A stretch of 64,000 bases of DNA, taken from NCBI GenBank assembly GCA_027493525.1, contig JAOSKN010000003.1, positions 1,223,316 to 1,287,315 of the forward strand. The letters are read 5' to 3'. Under the pieces are notes generated by a model. It saw only the letters and a program-made list of their open reading frames with translations. It was not told the origin of the DNA and did no database searches. A program made the position numbers and the translations under genes. Below are positions 40,843 through 51,800 of the stretch, piece after piece; the stretch's first letter is position 1, and the number at the start of each line of letters is the position of its first letter. Source of the DNA: Planctomycetota bacterium (GTDB taxonomy: Bacteria; Planctomycetota; SZUA-567; H5-PLA8).

Positions 40843-41747
40843 CAGATGGACTCTTCCTTCCAGCCCAAGCGCGCCGACTCCGCCAACCCTTCGCGGTAGG
40901 TGGGGAAGCGCAGCGCGAGGCCGAAGTCGCGCTTGAGCTTCGCGTTGCCGACGCGCTTGTTGCTCTGCCTGAGCAGGTCCGCGCAGGCGTCGGCGGGGGC
41001 CTTGTAGTCGACCGGCGGCGGCGGGGCGCTCATCAGTTCGGCGATGCGGTTGACGTACTCGCCGCCGCGCTTGGGCTCGTCGTCGCTTAGGTTGTACGCC
41101 TCCCCCGCCCGGCCGCGCTCCAACGCCAGCGCGAAGGCTTCGAGGAAGTCCTCGATGTAGATGTGGTTCATCACCTTCTCGGGGTCCCAGGTGAGGCGAT
41201 ACGTGCCGGCGGCGATCTTCTCGTTGATGACGCCCTGGGGGCGGTAGATCGAGGCGGGGCGGAAGATCACGACCGGCAGGCCGCGTTCGCGGTGCGCCGC
41301 GAAGAGCAGTTCCTCCGCGGCCACGCGGAGCCTGCCCATCGCGCTGGCCGGGTCGCGCGGCGCGTCCTCGTCGAGCCACTCGCCGCCGGTCTGCCCGTAG
41401 ACGGCGGTGCTGCTCTCGTAGACGTAGCGCGCGAGTTTGGCGCCTTCCAGCGCGGCCAGGACGTTGCGCGTCCCGTCCACGTGGAGCGCCTGGAGCTGTT
41501 CGGGCGAACCCTGCATGCTGCCCATAAGGTGGTAGACGGCGGTGATGCCCGCGCCGATCTCGCGCAGCGTCTCGGGCTTCGTCACGTCGCCGAGCCGCGG
41601 TTCGATGCCCAGCGCGCGCAGCACGGGTAGGCGTTCTTCCTTGCGCGTGAGGCCCCGCACGGCATGCCCCCGCGCGAGCAACCGCTGCGCCAGCCGCCGC
41701 CCGCGATACCCGCAGCCCACGATCAGGACCGAGTGTGGAGTGGACAT
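40842..41747 (-). CDS. Atypical SDR / NAD-dependent epimerase
   Basis: IVGCGYRG, SSTAVYG, FRPASIY and NHIYIED motifs. Confidence 0.88.
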   Translation of the reverse strand: MSTPHSVLIVGCGYRGRRLAQRLLARGHAVRGLTRKEERLPVLRALGIEPRLGDVTKPETLREIGAGITAVYHLMGSMQGSPEQLQALHVDGTRNVLAALEGAKLARYVYESSTAVYGQTGGEWLDEDAPRDPASAMGRLRVAAEELLFAAHRERGLPVVIFRPASIYRPQGVINEKIAAGTYRLTWDPEKVMNHIYIEDFLEAFALALERGRAGEAYNLSDDEPKRGGEYVNRIAELMSAPPPPVDYKAPADACADLLRQSNKRVGNAKLKRDFGLALRFPTYREGLAESARLGWKEESI

Positions 41748-41994
41748 GGAAAGACCCCGCGTCCGTACGATGACGACAGCCTACGCGCTGCGTCCAGGGT
41801 TTTCGATTTACGATTTGGGGTTGGAGATCGATGCGCTTGCCGTGCCACGGAACGTGCGCGCAACGCACGCTCCGAGCTGGGCGATGGCGCATCTGTACCC
41901 GACGGCACGGGGCAGCTTCGCTGACCCGTGGCACGGCAACAACGGGAATCGGTGCTTCACCCGGCACGGGGCAGCTTCGCTGACCCGTGGCACG

Positions 41995-42300
41995 TCAGGC
42001 GTCCGTTGGTTTCAACGGCAGCGCCGCCTGCGGGTCAAGCTCCCAGCGGCTCTCGTCCCGGAAGGTCACGTCGAGGTGTTTCGCGTTGAGTCGGAAGATG
42101 GCGATGCGCTGAAGGAGCGCGCCGGCTTCGCCGAGTTCCCGCTCGCGCCCGTCCGGCCCCGCGGCGAAGGCCTTGCGCTCGCGCAGGCGGTGCCTGAAAA
42201 AGAGGCGCGTGCCGTCGGCGAGCAGCACCGCGGCCTCGGAAAAGTCGGCGTTGGCCTTCCAGGCCACGAAGGCCCCGCGCGCGCGATCGGCGTCGGTCAT
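41995..42300 (-). CDS. Small hypothetical protein
   Basis: ORF with normal composition (FRLNAKHLDVTF). Confidence 0.55.
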   Translation of the reverse strand: MTDADRARGAFVAWKANADFSEAAVLLADGTRLFFRHRLRERKAFAAGPDGRERELGEAGALLQRIAIFRLNAKHLDVTFRDESRWELDPQAALPLKPTDA

Positions 42301-42407
42301 GCGGACAGTCTGGCGCAAAGCCGCCCCCGAGGCCAGCGCCGGGGCGCGGCACTGGAATCCCGGCGCGAAGCGCGGAGACTGATCCTTTCACCCCAGCGGA
42401 GCGGACG

Positions 42408-43142
42408 ATGAAGCGACTCGACGGCAAGACGGCGCTGATCACCGGCGGCGGTTCGGGCATCGGCGCGGCGTGCGCGGCGGCCCTGGCGGCCGAAGGCTGC
42501 CGCGTGGCGATCTGCGGGCGCGACGCGCGGAAGCTCGAGACCGCCGCGGCCGCGTTCAAGGGCGAGCCGAAGATCCTCGCGCATCCCTGCGACGTGGCCG
42601 ACCGCGCCAGCGTGGCCGCGCTGCTGGCGTGGGCGGGGAAGGAACTCGGGCGCATCGACATCCTGATCAACGGCGCCGGGACGAACGTGCCGAACCGCCT
42701 GATCGGCGAGGTGAAGCCCGAGGACTGGGACATGATCATGGCGATCAACGTCACCGGCGCGTTCAACATGCTCAAGGGCGTCCTGCCGCGGATGCGCGAG
42801 CGCCGCGACGGGCTGGTGATCAACATCGGCTCCACGGCGGGGCTGCGCGCCGGGGCGCTCGGCGGCGTGGCCTACAACGCCAGCAAGTTCGCGCTGAAGG
42901 CGCTGAGCATCAGCGTGATGGACGAACTGCGCGAGGAAGGCGTGCGCGTGACGACGATTCATCCGGGCGAGGTCGATACGCCGATCCTGGCCAACCGCCC
43001 CAAGCCGGTCACGCCCGAACACCGCGCGAAGATGCTCCACCCGGAAGACGTGGCCGCGGCCGTGCTGATGGTCGCCTGCCTGCCCCCGCGCGCGGAGGTG
43101 ACCGAGCTGACCATCAAGCCGATCGTGCAGGCCTTCGTCTGA
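42408..43142 (+). CDS. Classical SDR oxidoreductase
   Basis: TGGGSGIG, INGAG and YNASK motifs. Confidence 0.94.
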   Translation: MKRLDGKTALITGGGSGIGAACAAALAAEGCRVAICGRDARKLETAAAAFKGEPKILAHPCDVADRASVAALLAWAGKELGRIDILINGAGTNVPNRLIGEVKPEDWDMIMAINVTGAFNMLKGVLPRMRERRDGLVINIGSTAGLRAGALGGVAYNASKFALKALSISVMDELREEGVRVTTIHPGEVDTPILANRPKPVTPEHRAKMLHPEDVAAAVLMVACLPPRAEVTELTIKPIVQAFV

Positions 43143-43299
43143 CCACACCGCATGCGTCTCGCCCGCAGCCTGACCGTACCGCGGGCGGCTCGGCCGCGGC
43201 CTGACCCTGGCCCTTAATTTGGAATACCACGGCGCGCCGGACACATAAGAGCACCATTGGGACCTCTATCGGATTCGCGCCGCGGATTCGGGATCGCGT

Positions 43300-45618
43300 A
43301 TGGCAAACCGTGAAGCGAAAGCAACCCACGACGGCGCGGGCGGCTCCGGAACCGGCGGCGCGTCCGCGCACTCCAATCCCAAATCTGGAATCGCAAATCC
43401 AAAATCCTTCCGCCCCGGCCTGGGCCTGCTTTTTCTCGCCAGCGTGCTGGGCCTGGCGCTGCTGCTGGGGCTGCTCTTCGCGCTGATCCTGCACGGCTCG
43501 CGGCAATCCACGCTGGAACTCTCGGCGCGGATGCGCGAGGAGGTCGGGCGGGGCGTGGCCTCGCGCGTCCGCGACTACCTGGGGCAGGCCTACGAGGCGC
43601 TCCAGGGCGTCCGGACGCGCATCGCGAAAGGGCTGCTCGAGCCCCGCGACACGCTCGCCCTGGAGCGCGACTTCTATACGCAGCTCGTGGACAACCCCAA
43701 CCTCGCCGAACTGACGCTCACCTACGGCAGGCAGACGGGCTTCGACGCCGGCGGCGCGCTGGTACTCGAGCAAGCCGGGCGCGGGCAGGTCTCGGTCTTC
43801 CGCGCGCTGGTCGAGGGCGCCGACGCGGAGGCCCCGCCGATTTACACGCGCTGGATCGAAGAGGAACGCGGCGCCTTCTTCACCGCGTTGCGCGGGCGCG
43901 GGCCGGACGACGGCTACGCCGCACCGACGCCGCGGCGCGAAGGCAACCTCGCCGGCGCGCCCATCCCCGACCCCACCGGGCATCCGACGTTTCTCGGCGT
44001 GACGAGCGCGGATGTCTACGGGCAAGCCTTCTGGAGCGACCTGCACCGCTCGCAGCTCGACGCGAACCTGCCCGAAGACCGCCGCCGGACGGTGCTGACC
44101 GTGCAGCAGGTCCTCGAAGACGCCAAGGGCGAGTTCGCCGGCGTGCTGCGCGTGGGCTTCACCACGAAGCAGCTCGACAGGATCGCCGCGGTGCGCCGCG
44201 CCGACACCGGGGAGGCCGACCCACACCTGATCTTCCTCGTCAACGGCTACGGCGGGCTGGTTTCGCGCCCGGCGCCGCAGGCGCGCATGCTCGAGACCGA
44301 GACCGACCTGCGCGCGGACGAGCGCGACGCGCCGGAAGCCGTGCGGGAGGCGCTGGCGCTGTGGCGCTCGCTGGGCGGGCACGCGCCCGAGCCGCGGAGC
44401 TTCAGCGGGACGCTGGAGACCCCTGGCGGGCGCTGCCTCGTCACGTTCCGGCCGCTCGACGAGGCCGGCTACTTCAATGCGGGCGCGGGGGACTGGAGCG
44501 TGGGCATCGCGGTGGCGGAGGAGGCGTACCTCGGCGGGCTGGCCGCGATGCAGCGCAGCCTCGCCCTCGCTTCGGCGCTGGTGATGGCCGCGATCCTGCT
44601 CGGCGGCTGGTGGACGCTGCGGCTGGTGCGGCGCGACCTGAGCCAGGTCGTGGACGAGACCGCGCGGATGCGGCGCTTCGAGTTCGAGCCCCGCGCGCGG
44701 GAGGTCCGGCTGCGCGACGTCGGCGAGGTCGTCGAGGGGCTGGAACTGGCCAAGACCGCGACGCGCGCCATGGGCAAGTACGTCCCCGTCGCGCTGGTGC
44801 GGCAGCTCTACGAGAGCGGGCGCGAGCCGGTCCTGGGCGGGGAACTGCGCGACCTGACGATCCTGTTCTCGGACATCAAGGACTTCACGCAGGTCTCGGA
44901 ACGGCTCGCCCCGGACGTGCTCGCACAGGCGCTGGGGCTGTACCTCCAGACGCTGACCGAGGCCGTCCACGCCGAGGGCGGCGTGATCGACAAGTACATC
45001 GGCGACGCGGTGATGGCGCTCTGGAACGCCCCCGACGAGACGCCCGGGCACGCGCGAAGCGCCTGCGCGGCCGCGCTGGCCTGCGCCCGCGCGGCGGAGG
45101 CGCTCTATGCCTCGCCCGCGTGGCGCGGCCTGCCGGTCTGGACGACGCGCTTCGGGCTCCACACCGGCGGCGCGATGGTCGGGCATTTCGGCGCGCCGGA
45201 GCGGATGAATTACACCGCGCTCGGCGACAACGTGAACCTCGCCTCGCGCCTGGAAGGGCTCAACAAGGCCTACGGCACGCGGATCGTGGTCAGCGAGGAC
45301 GTGCGCCAGGCCGCCGGGGAGGCCTTCGACTTCAGGCTGCTGGACCTCGTCGCGGTGAAGGGCAAGTCGAAGGCGCTGCGCGTCTACGAGCTGCTGGGCG
45401 AGAGCGCCGCAGTCCCCCAGGACCGTTGCGCGGCCGCGCGCGCATACGAGGCGGCCTTCGAGCGCTACCTCGCGCGGGACTTCACCGCCGCGCAGGCCGC
45501 TTGCGCGAACCTGGGCGCCGACGCACCCGCGCGGGTGCTGGCCGAGCGCTGCGCGAGGTTCCTCGCGACGCCGCCGGCGGCGGACTGGGATGGGGTGTAC
45601 GTGGCGACGACGAAGTGA
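43300..45618 (+). CDS. Class III adenylate/guanylate cyclase with two TMs and a Cache-like sensor
   Basis: ILFSDIKDFT, DKYIGDAVMALW, GDNVNLASRLE and VKGK motifs. Confidence 0.93.
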   Translation: MANREAKATHDGAGGSGTGGASAHSNPKSGIANPKSFRPGLGLLFLASVLGLALLLGLLFALILHGSRQSTLELSARMREEVGRGVASRVRDYLGQAYEALQGVRTRIAKGLLEPRDTLALERDFYTQLVDNPNLAELTLTYGRQTGFDAGGALVLEQAGRGQVSVFRALVEGADAEAPPIYTRWIEEERGAFFTALRGRGPDDGYAAPTPRREGNLAGAPIPDPTGHPTFLGVTSADVYGQAFWSDLHRSQLDANLPEDRRRTVLTVQQVLEDAKGEFAGVLRVGFTTKQLDRIAAVRRADTGEADPHLIFLVNGYGGLVSRPAPQARMLETETDLRADERDAPEAVREALALWRSLGGHAPEPRSFSGTLETPGGRCLVTFRPLDEAGYFNAGAGDWSVGIAVAEEAYLGGLAAMQRSLALASALVMAAILLGGWWTLRLVRRDLSQVVDETARMRRFEFEPRAREVRLRDVGEVVEGLELAKTATRAMGKYVPVALVRQLYESGREPVLGGELRDLTILFSDIKDFTQVSERLAPDVLAQALGLYLQTLTEAVHAEGGVIDKYIGDAVMALWNAPDETPGHARSACAAALACARAAEALYASPAWRGLPVWTTRFGLHTGGAMVGHFGAPERMNYTALGDNVNLASRLEGLNKAYGTRIVVSEDVRQAAGEAFDFRLLDLVAVKGKSKALRVYELLGESAAVPQDRCAAARAYEAAFERYLARDFTAAQAACANLGADAPARVLAERCARFLATPPAADWDGVYVATTK

Positions 45619-45825
45619 GTTCCGAGTTCCGAGTTCCGAGTTCCGAGTTCCGAGAGACGAGAAATCAGATCGAAAAGCTTGAAAGGCCCGCATGATCCAC
45701 GCGGAAGAATCGTTCCATCAAACCGGAATAAAGGACAGGGTGAGGTGCATCTATCCGCACCAGGAATCCGGCACTCGAATCCCGGGTCTCGGGTTCGGGT
45801 CTCGGGTTTCGGAACTCGGAACCTA
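45617..45825. repeat. Inverted pair of heptamer arrays (GAGTTCC)x5 / (GGAACTC-like)
   Basis: Seen directly at 45617-45655 and ~45765-45825. Confidence 0.8.
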
Positions 45826-45984
45826 ACTAAGGGCTTGAAATGCTCAGGCGATGCTTCAAAAGGGCACGGTTCGAATTCAGTATCAGGGCCTATGGCGTTC
45901 GCGTGAACGCGAGGCTTTGGCGTTCCGGCGGCCGGATCGAGGCGCCGGTGCGGAGCGTGGCGCGTGAAGGAAAGGAAGCGAAAC

Positions 45985-46230
45985 GTGGAGAAGAACAAGG
46001 GCGGCAAGGCGAAGTTCCTGGTGGCGATGGCGATGAGCGGGATGCTGGCGGGCTGCGCCGGCGGCGCGAAGGCGCCGGAGAAGACTCCCGCGAAGACCCC
46101 CGCCGCGACGGAGAAGACCGGCGAGAAGGCCTCGTGCTCGGGCAAGGACGGCTGCGGCGGCAAGGACGGCTGCGGCGGCAAGACGGGCGAGAAAACCGCC
46201 GAGAAGACCGACGCCGAGAAGACCGAGTAG
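45985..46230 (+). CDS. Small lipoprotein with SCSGKDGCGGKDGCGGK Cys repeat
   Basis: Lipobox LAGC; Lys/Glu/Thr-rich low-complexity body. Confidence 0.7.
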   Translation: MEKNKGGKAKFLVAMAMSGMLAGCAGGAKAPEKTPAKTPAATEKTGEKASCSGKDGCGGKDGCGGKTGEKTAEKTDAEKTE

Positions 46231-46264
46231 TCGTTACCTGCGTATCAGGCGTGAAGTTTGATCC

Positions 46265-46309
46265 GCGCCGGGTTTGGACCGTGCGGCGCACGGTCCAGGC
46301 TCGGCGCGG
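46265..46309. terminator. Long hairpin between convergent genes (probable terminator)
   Basis: CGCGCCGGGTTTGGACCGTGC-GGC-GCACGGTCCAGGCTCGGCGCG. Confidence 0.65.
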
Positions 46310-46312
46310 CAT

Positions 46313-46741
46313 TTATTCAACGCGGGGCTTACGCCGCGCCAGCCACTCCAGCGGCACGGCCAGCGCGATCAGGATGCCCAAGGCAACCAGCAGGTTCTTG
46401 AACACGCCGGCAATCTGGAAGTCGGCATCCATTGGGGACATGGGGGATGTAATTCCTACCACCGCAGCTTCGGGACCAAATTCCTTTTCTTGCCTTATTG
46501 CAAAAGGCCAGCCTTGCCGCCCGCGGAAAGCTTTTGCTTTCCGTGGTGTCCGTGGTGGTACTGGTTCGATAGATTTCGCGGGTAAATAAAATTCGCGAAT
46601 GTCCTCCACGACCCGCACGTTCGCCCACAGCATCCCCGCCGCGGCGAAGGTCAGGAGCAGCAGCGTGGAGAGGTGAAGCTGAAACCAGGCGCGTTTGCGG
46701 GTCTCGCTCACGGCTCGCGTTCCATACCTGATCGCCTCCAT
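46313..46741 (-). CDS. Small 2-TM membrane protein with FQLHLSTLL motif
   Basis: N-terminal WFQLHLSTLLLL, QGWP motif, C-terminal TM. Confidence 0.65.
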   Translation of the reverse strand: MEAIRYGTRAVSETRKRAWFQLHLSTLLLLTFAAAGMLWANVRVVEDIREFYLPAKSIEPVPPRTPRKAKAFRGRQGWPFAIRQEKEFGPEAAVVGITSPMSPMDADFQIAGVFKNLLVALGILIALAVPLEWLARRKPRVE

Positions 46742-46917
46742 TCTCCCCGTCCGCCCGGGCTCCGTCGAGCGGAATCCCGCTACCACGCGCCCCGAACTTC
46801 GCAGGCCGCTTTTTCCAATTCATTTTGGACGGGTTTCGGGGACAATTAGTTATCCGCGCAATCCACCGGCCGCGCAGGCTTCCAGGCGCGAGTCGGGACT
46901 TCAGGAGGGGCGTTTCG

Positions 46918-48876
46918 ATGGCCGTGGAAACCTGGAACGGGGTTTCCCTGGAACTCTGGGCGAAGACGCTCCTGATTCGCGAGACCGAAGAGCGCTTCCT
47001 GCGGCTCTTCTCGGAAGGCAAGCTCTTCGGCACCGTCCACACCTGCATCGGCCAGGAGTACACGGCGGTCGCGGTCGCGGAGGCGCTCCAGCCGGGCGAC
47101 CTGATCTTCAGCAACCATCGCTGCCACGGGCATTACCTCGCGCGCACCGGCGACGTGGAGGGCCTGACCGCGGAGATCATGGGCCGCGCGACGGGGCTCT
47201 GCGGCGGGCGCGGCGGCAGCCAGCACCTCTGCGCGGCGGGCTTCTTCAGCAACGGCGTGCAGGGCGGGATCGTGCCGGTGGCGGCGGGGCTGGCGCTGGC
47301 CGAGGAACTCGCCGGGACCTCCAACCTCGCCGCGGTCTTCATCGGCGACGGCACGCTGGGCGAAGGCGTCGTCTACGAGACGCTGAATATCGCGAGCAAG
47401 TGGGCGCTGCCGCTGCTGGTCGTGCTCGAGAACAACGGCTACGCGCAGAGCACCAGCCAGCGCGAGACGCTCGCCGGGGAGCTCGACGCGCGCGCGGAGG
47501 CCTTCGGGATCCGCGCCGGCCGCTGCGAACTGTGGGACATCCCGCAGCTCCTGGCTCGCGCGGAGGCCGCCGCGGCCTACGTGCGGCGCGAGCGCAAGCC
47601 GTTCTTTCTGCGCGTGGACACCTACCGGCTGATGGCGCACTCCAAGGGCGACGACGACCGAGACCCGGCGGAGGTCGCCGCGTACCGCGCGAAGGATCCG
47701 CTGGGGCGCTTCGCGGCCGAGCACCCCGAGGATGCCGCGCGCCTGCAGCGCGAAGCCTCCGCGCTCGTGGACCGCGCCGTGGCCAAGGCCGAGGCCGCGC
47801 CGTACGCGGAGGCCGGCCCGCACGACGCCGATCCCCCGGCCTGGCGCGCCGTGCGCTGGCAGCCCACGACCTTCCAGGCGCACGACCGCGTGGTCGGGCG
47901 CCTCCACGACGCGCTGCGCAACCACCTGCTGCAGAACGAGAAGCTCGTGCTGCTGGGTGAGGACATCGCCGGGCCGTACGGCGGGGCCTTCAAGGTCACG
48001 CGGCAGCTCAGCCTGGAGTTCCCCGGCCGCGTGCGCAACACGCCGATCAGCGAGGCGGCGCTGGTGGGGCTCGGCAACGGCCTCGCGCTCAACGGCTGGC
48101 TCCCCGTCTGCGAGATCATGTTCGGCGACTTCCTGACGCTGGCCTTCGACCAGTTCCTGAATCACGCCGCGAAGTTCCGCTACATGTACAACGAGCAGGT
48201 CAAGGTCCCGCTCGTGATCCGCACGCCCATGGGCGGCAGGCGCGGCTACGGCGCGACGCACAGCCAGTCGCTGGAGAAGCACTGGCTGGGCGTGCCGCAC
48301 ACGCGGGTGCTGGCGCTGCATCACCGCTTCGACCCGTACGAACTCGTCGACCGCCTCCTTTCCAACGCCGACCGCCCCACCCTGCTGATCGAGAACAAGC
48401 TGCTCTACGGGCTCAAGACCGACGCGCCGCCGCCGCGGGGTTTCGTCGTGGAGCACAGCGACGAAACGTTCCCCACGACGCGGCTGCGCCCGCTGACCGA
48501 GCCGGACCTCGTCATCTTCTGTTACGGGGGCCTGCTGCCGGAGGCCGAGCAGGCCGCGGACCGGCTCTTCGAAGAGCACGACCTGGCCGCCGAGATCGTC
48601 TGCCCGGCGTGCCTCTATCCGTTCAACGCCGCGCCGCTGGAGGAATCGCTGCGCCGCACGGGCAAGCTCCTGATCGTCGAGGAAGGGCAGGGGTTCGCGG
48701 CGCTCGGGGCGGAGGTCCTGGCGCAACTGGCCGAACGCGGCGCGGCGCCGGCGCGCGTCCGCCGCCTGGCCGCGCCCGCGCACCCCATCCCCTCCAGCGG
48801 CCCGCTGGAGAAGGCGCTGCTGCCGGGCGCCGCGCAGCTCGTCGAAACCGCGGCGGGGATGTGCGCCGATGCCTGA
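46918..48876 (+). CDS. Fused E1 alpha/beta ThDP-dependent 2-oxoacid dehydrogenase/transketolase-like protein
   Basis: HTCIGQE, SNHRCHGH, GDG...ENN, YRLMAHS, LGEDI, TPISE, EIMFGDF and GATHSQS motifs. Confidence 0.93.
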   Translation: MAVETWNGVSLELWAKTLLIRETEERFLRLFSEGKLFGTVHTCIGQEYTAVAVAEALQPGDLIFSNHRCHGHYLARTGDVEGLTAEIMGRATGLCGGRGGSQHLCAAGFFSNGVQGGIVPVAAGLALAEELAGTSNLAAVFIGDGTLGEGVVYETLNIASKWALPLLVVLENNGYAQSTSQRETLAGELDARAEAFGIRAGRCELWDIPQLLARAEAAAAYVRRERKPFFLRVDTYRLMAHSKGDDDRDPAEVAAYRAKDPLGRFAAEHPEDAARLQREASALVDRAVAKAEAAPYAEAGPHDADPPAWRAVRWQPTTFQAHDRVVGRLHDALRNHLLQNEKLVLLGEDIAGPYGGAFKVTRQLSLEFPGRVRNTPISEAALVGLGNGLALNGWLPVCEIMFGDFLTLAFDQFLNHAAKFRYMYNEQVKVPLVIRTPMGGRRGYGATHSQSLEKHWLGVPHTRVLALHHRFDPYELVDRLLSNADRPTLLIENKLLYGLKTDAPPPRGFVVEHSDETFPTTRLRPLTEPDLVIFCYGGLLPEAEQAADRLFEEHDLAAEIVCPACLYPFNAAPLEESLRRTGKLLIVEEGQGFAALGAEVLAQLAERGAAPARVRRLAAPAHPIPSSGPLEKALLPGAAQLVETAAGMCADA

Positions 48877-51800
48877 ACCCGCCATCGTCCGCGTGCCGCA
48901 CGAGACCGTGAACGACGAGACGGTGACGCTCCAGCGCCGCGCCGTGGCCGAGGGTCGCGCGGTGAAGGCCGGCGAAGTCCTCGCGGTGCTCGAGACGAGC
49001 AAGGCCAGCATCGAGGTCGAGGCGCCGCGCGACGGGTACGTCTTCTGGTGCGCGGAGGAAGGCGCGGACATCCCCGTCGGCGGAGCGCTCTGTGGGATCG
49101 CGGACACCGAGCGGCGCCCCGAGTTCGCCGCCGAGGCGCTGAAGCCGGCGCACGCTCAGGCCGACTCTGACGCGCCGCGCGCAGGAGGCCCCGCGCGGTT
49201 CAGCGCCGAGGCGCGCCGGTTGATCGCCGAGCACGGCCTGGACGAACGGCGCTTCGACGGCCAGGGCCTGGTCCGCGGCGCGGACGTGCTCAAGGCTTGC
49301 CGCCCCGCCCAGGCAGATCACGCCCCTGCCGCCGCGTGCGAGCCGCCGCCAGCCTTCGCGAAGCCCGGCGCGCCCGCGCGCCGCGAACGGCTCCCGCGCG
49401 CCAAGCGCGCCGAGAACCGCATGCTCCGCGCCGCCGCGGCGCGGACCGTGCCCAGCACCGTCTCGGTCCAGGTCCCCACGCGCGGGCTGCGCGCGTCGAT
49501 CCACGAGCAGTCCGAGCGCTACGGCAGCTTCACGGCGGTGGCGATCCACGAGTTGGCGCGGCTCTTGCGCGAAGTCCCCGTCCTGAACGCCTACCAGCAC
49601 GACGACGCGATCCACTTCTACGAATCCGTCAACGTCGCCGTGGCGATGGACGCCGGCAAGGGGCTCAAGGCGCCGGTGATCCGCGACGCCGACCGCAAGA
49701 GCCTGCGCGAAATCGCCGCCGAGCTGCAGGCCTTCCTGATGACGTACCTGCGCGGCGAGCTGGCCGCCGCGGACTTGGAGGGCGCGACGTTCACGCTCTC
49801 CGACCTGAGCGGCGAGGGCGTGCAGCAGTTCGTGCCGGTGCTGAACGAGGCCCAGGCGGCGACGCTGGGCATCGGCGCGGAGCTGCCGCACGGCGCCGGA
49901 CGCGCGCTGACGCTGACGCTCACCTTCGACCACCTGCTCACCGAGGGGCGCACGGCGGCGGGCTTCCTGCGCGCGCTGGGCAAGGCGCTGGCGAAGTACG
50001 ACCGCGACCCCGGCGCGGAGCCCCCGCGCCGCGCGCCCCGGCCTTCGCCCCCGCCGACCCCGGCGATCCCCTCGTCGGGTACGTCGTGCGCGCCTGGTCC
50101 GGCGTGCTCAAGGCCGGGGCCGTCGAGCCGGACGCCAATTTCTTCGACCTCGGCGGCGACTCGATCATGGCCGCTCAGTTCATCAACGACCTCCAGGAGC
50201 TGGCCGAGGAGACCTTCCACGCGGTGGCGCTCTTCGACGCCCCCACGGCCGGGCAGTTCGCGGCGATGCTGCGCAAGGATTACCCGCGCACGACCGCCGC
50301 GCTGCTCAAACGGCTCGGGGCCGGCGACGCCTGGGCCGGAACCCGGGCGCAGGCCGACGAGCCGCCCGTGGACGAGGCCATGCTCGCCGCGCTGCGCGCG
50401 CTGATCCCCGCGCTGCCCAAGCAGCCGCCGCGCCCGCCGGCGCGGAAGAACCCGCGCGCGGTCTTCGTGCTCTCCCCGCCGCGCTGCGGTTCGACGCTGC
50501 TGCGCGTGATGCTTGCCGGGCACCCGGGGCTCTTCGCGCCGCCGGAATTGGAGCTGCTGAACTTCGATTCGCTGGGCGCGCGGCGGGAGTACTGCGCCGG
50601 CCCGCTGGCCGGAAAGCTCGAGGGGCTGCTGCGCGCGCTGATGGACCTGAAGGGCGTCGACGCCGAGGCCGCGCGCGCGCTGATGACCCCTTACGAAGAC
50701 CGCGACCTGGACACGGGCAGCTTCTTCGGCGAACTGCAGGGCTGGCTCGGCGGCCGGCTCCTCGTCGACAAGACCCCGGCCTACGCGCTGGACCTGCATG
50801 CGCTGGAGCGGGCCGAGGCCTGCTTCGAGGCGCCGCGCTACGTCCACCTCAACCGGCACCCGTACGGGATGACGCTCTCCTTCGAGGAGTCCCGCATCGA
50901 CCAGGTTTTCTTCCGCGTCGCGCACCCCTTTGGCGTGCGGCGGCTGGCGGAACTGATCTGGAACGTCTGCACGGAGAACATCCGCACGTTCCTCGCGAAC
51001 GTCCCGGCCGCGCGGCAGATGCTGCTGCGCTACGAGGACCTCGTCGCCGACCCGCGCGCGCGGATGCTCGAGCTGTCGGACTTCATGCAGGTGCCGTTCG
51101 ACGAGCGCATGCTCACGCCGTACGAAGGCAAGGAAGCCAAGATGACCGACGGGCTGCACGCGGTCTCGCGGATGATCGGCGACCCGAAGTTCCACAAGCA
51201 CAAGTCCATCGACGCGCGGATGGCCGACCGCTGGCGCGAGGCCTACGACAGGGACTTCCTGGGCGAGGTGACGTGGCGGAACGCGCGCGCCCTGGGCTAT
51301 GCGCGGGAGGCGCCGAGCGGCAAGCCCGCGGCGGAGCCGGCCGGCGCCGAGGCCCAGCCGCCGCTCTCGACGTCGGTGGTGCCGATCAAGCGCAGCGGGA
51401 CCAAGCGCGCGTTCTTCTGCGTCCACCCCGCGGGCGGCTCGGTCTACAGCTTCGGGACGCTCGTGAAGCACTTCGACCCGGAGCGCCCGATCTACGGGCT
51501 CCAGGCGAAGGGCGTGGAGGACCTCGAGGACGCCGAACTGCACTCCAGCATCGAGGAGATGGCCGCCTACTACGCCGAGGTGGTCCGTTCGGTACAGCCC
51601 GAGGGCCCGTACCTCATCGGCGGGCGCTGCATGGGCGGGATCATCGCCTTCGAGATGGCGCGCCGGCTGGCGGACCTGGGGTTCGCCGTGCCCTACGTCG
51701 CGCTCCTCGACACGCGGAACCTGCTCAGTTCGCGCAAGAAGCACGCCCAGGATCCGATCCCGGTCAAACTGAAGCGCTTCATCCGGCATTTCGACCTGGC

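Noticed and set aside
46918-50020. Housekeeping pyruvate dehydrogenase (pdhABC)
   Set aside because: E2 has a variant catalytic motif and continues into ACP-ST-TE, and no E3 is adjacent, so no gene symbol was assigned.
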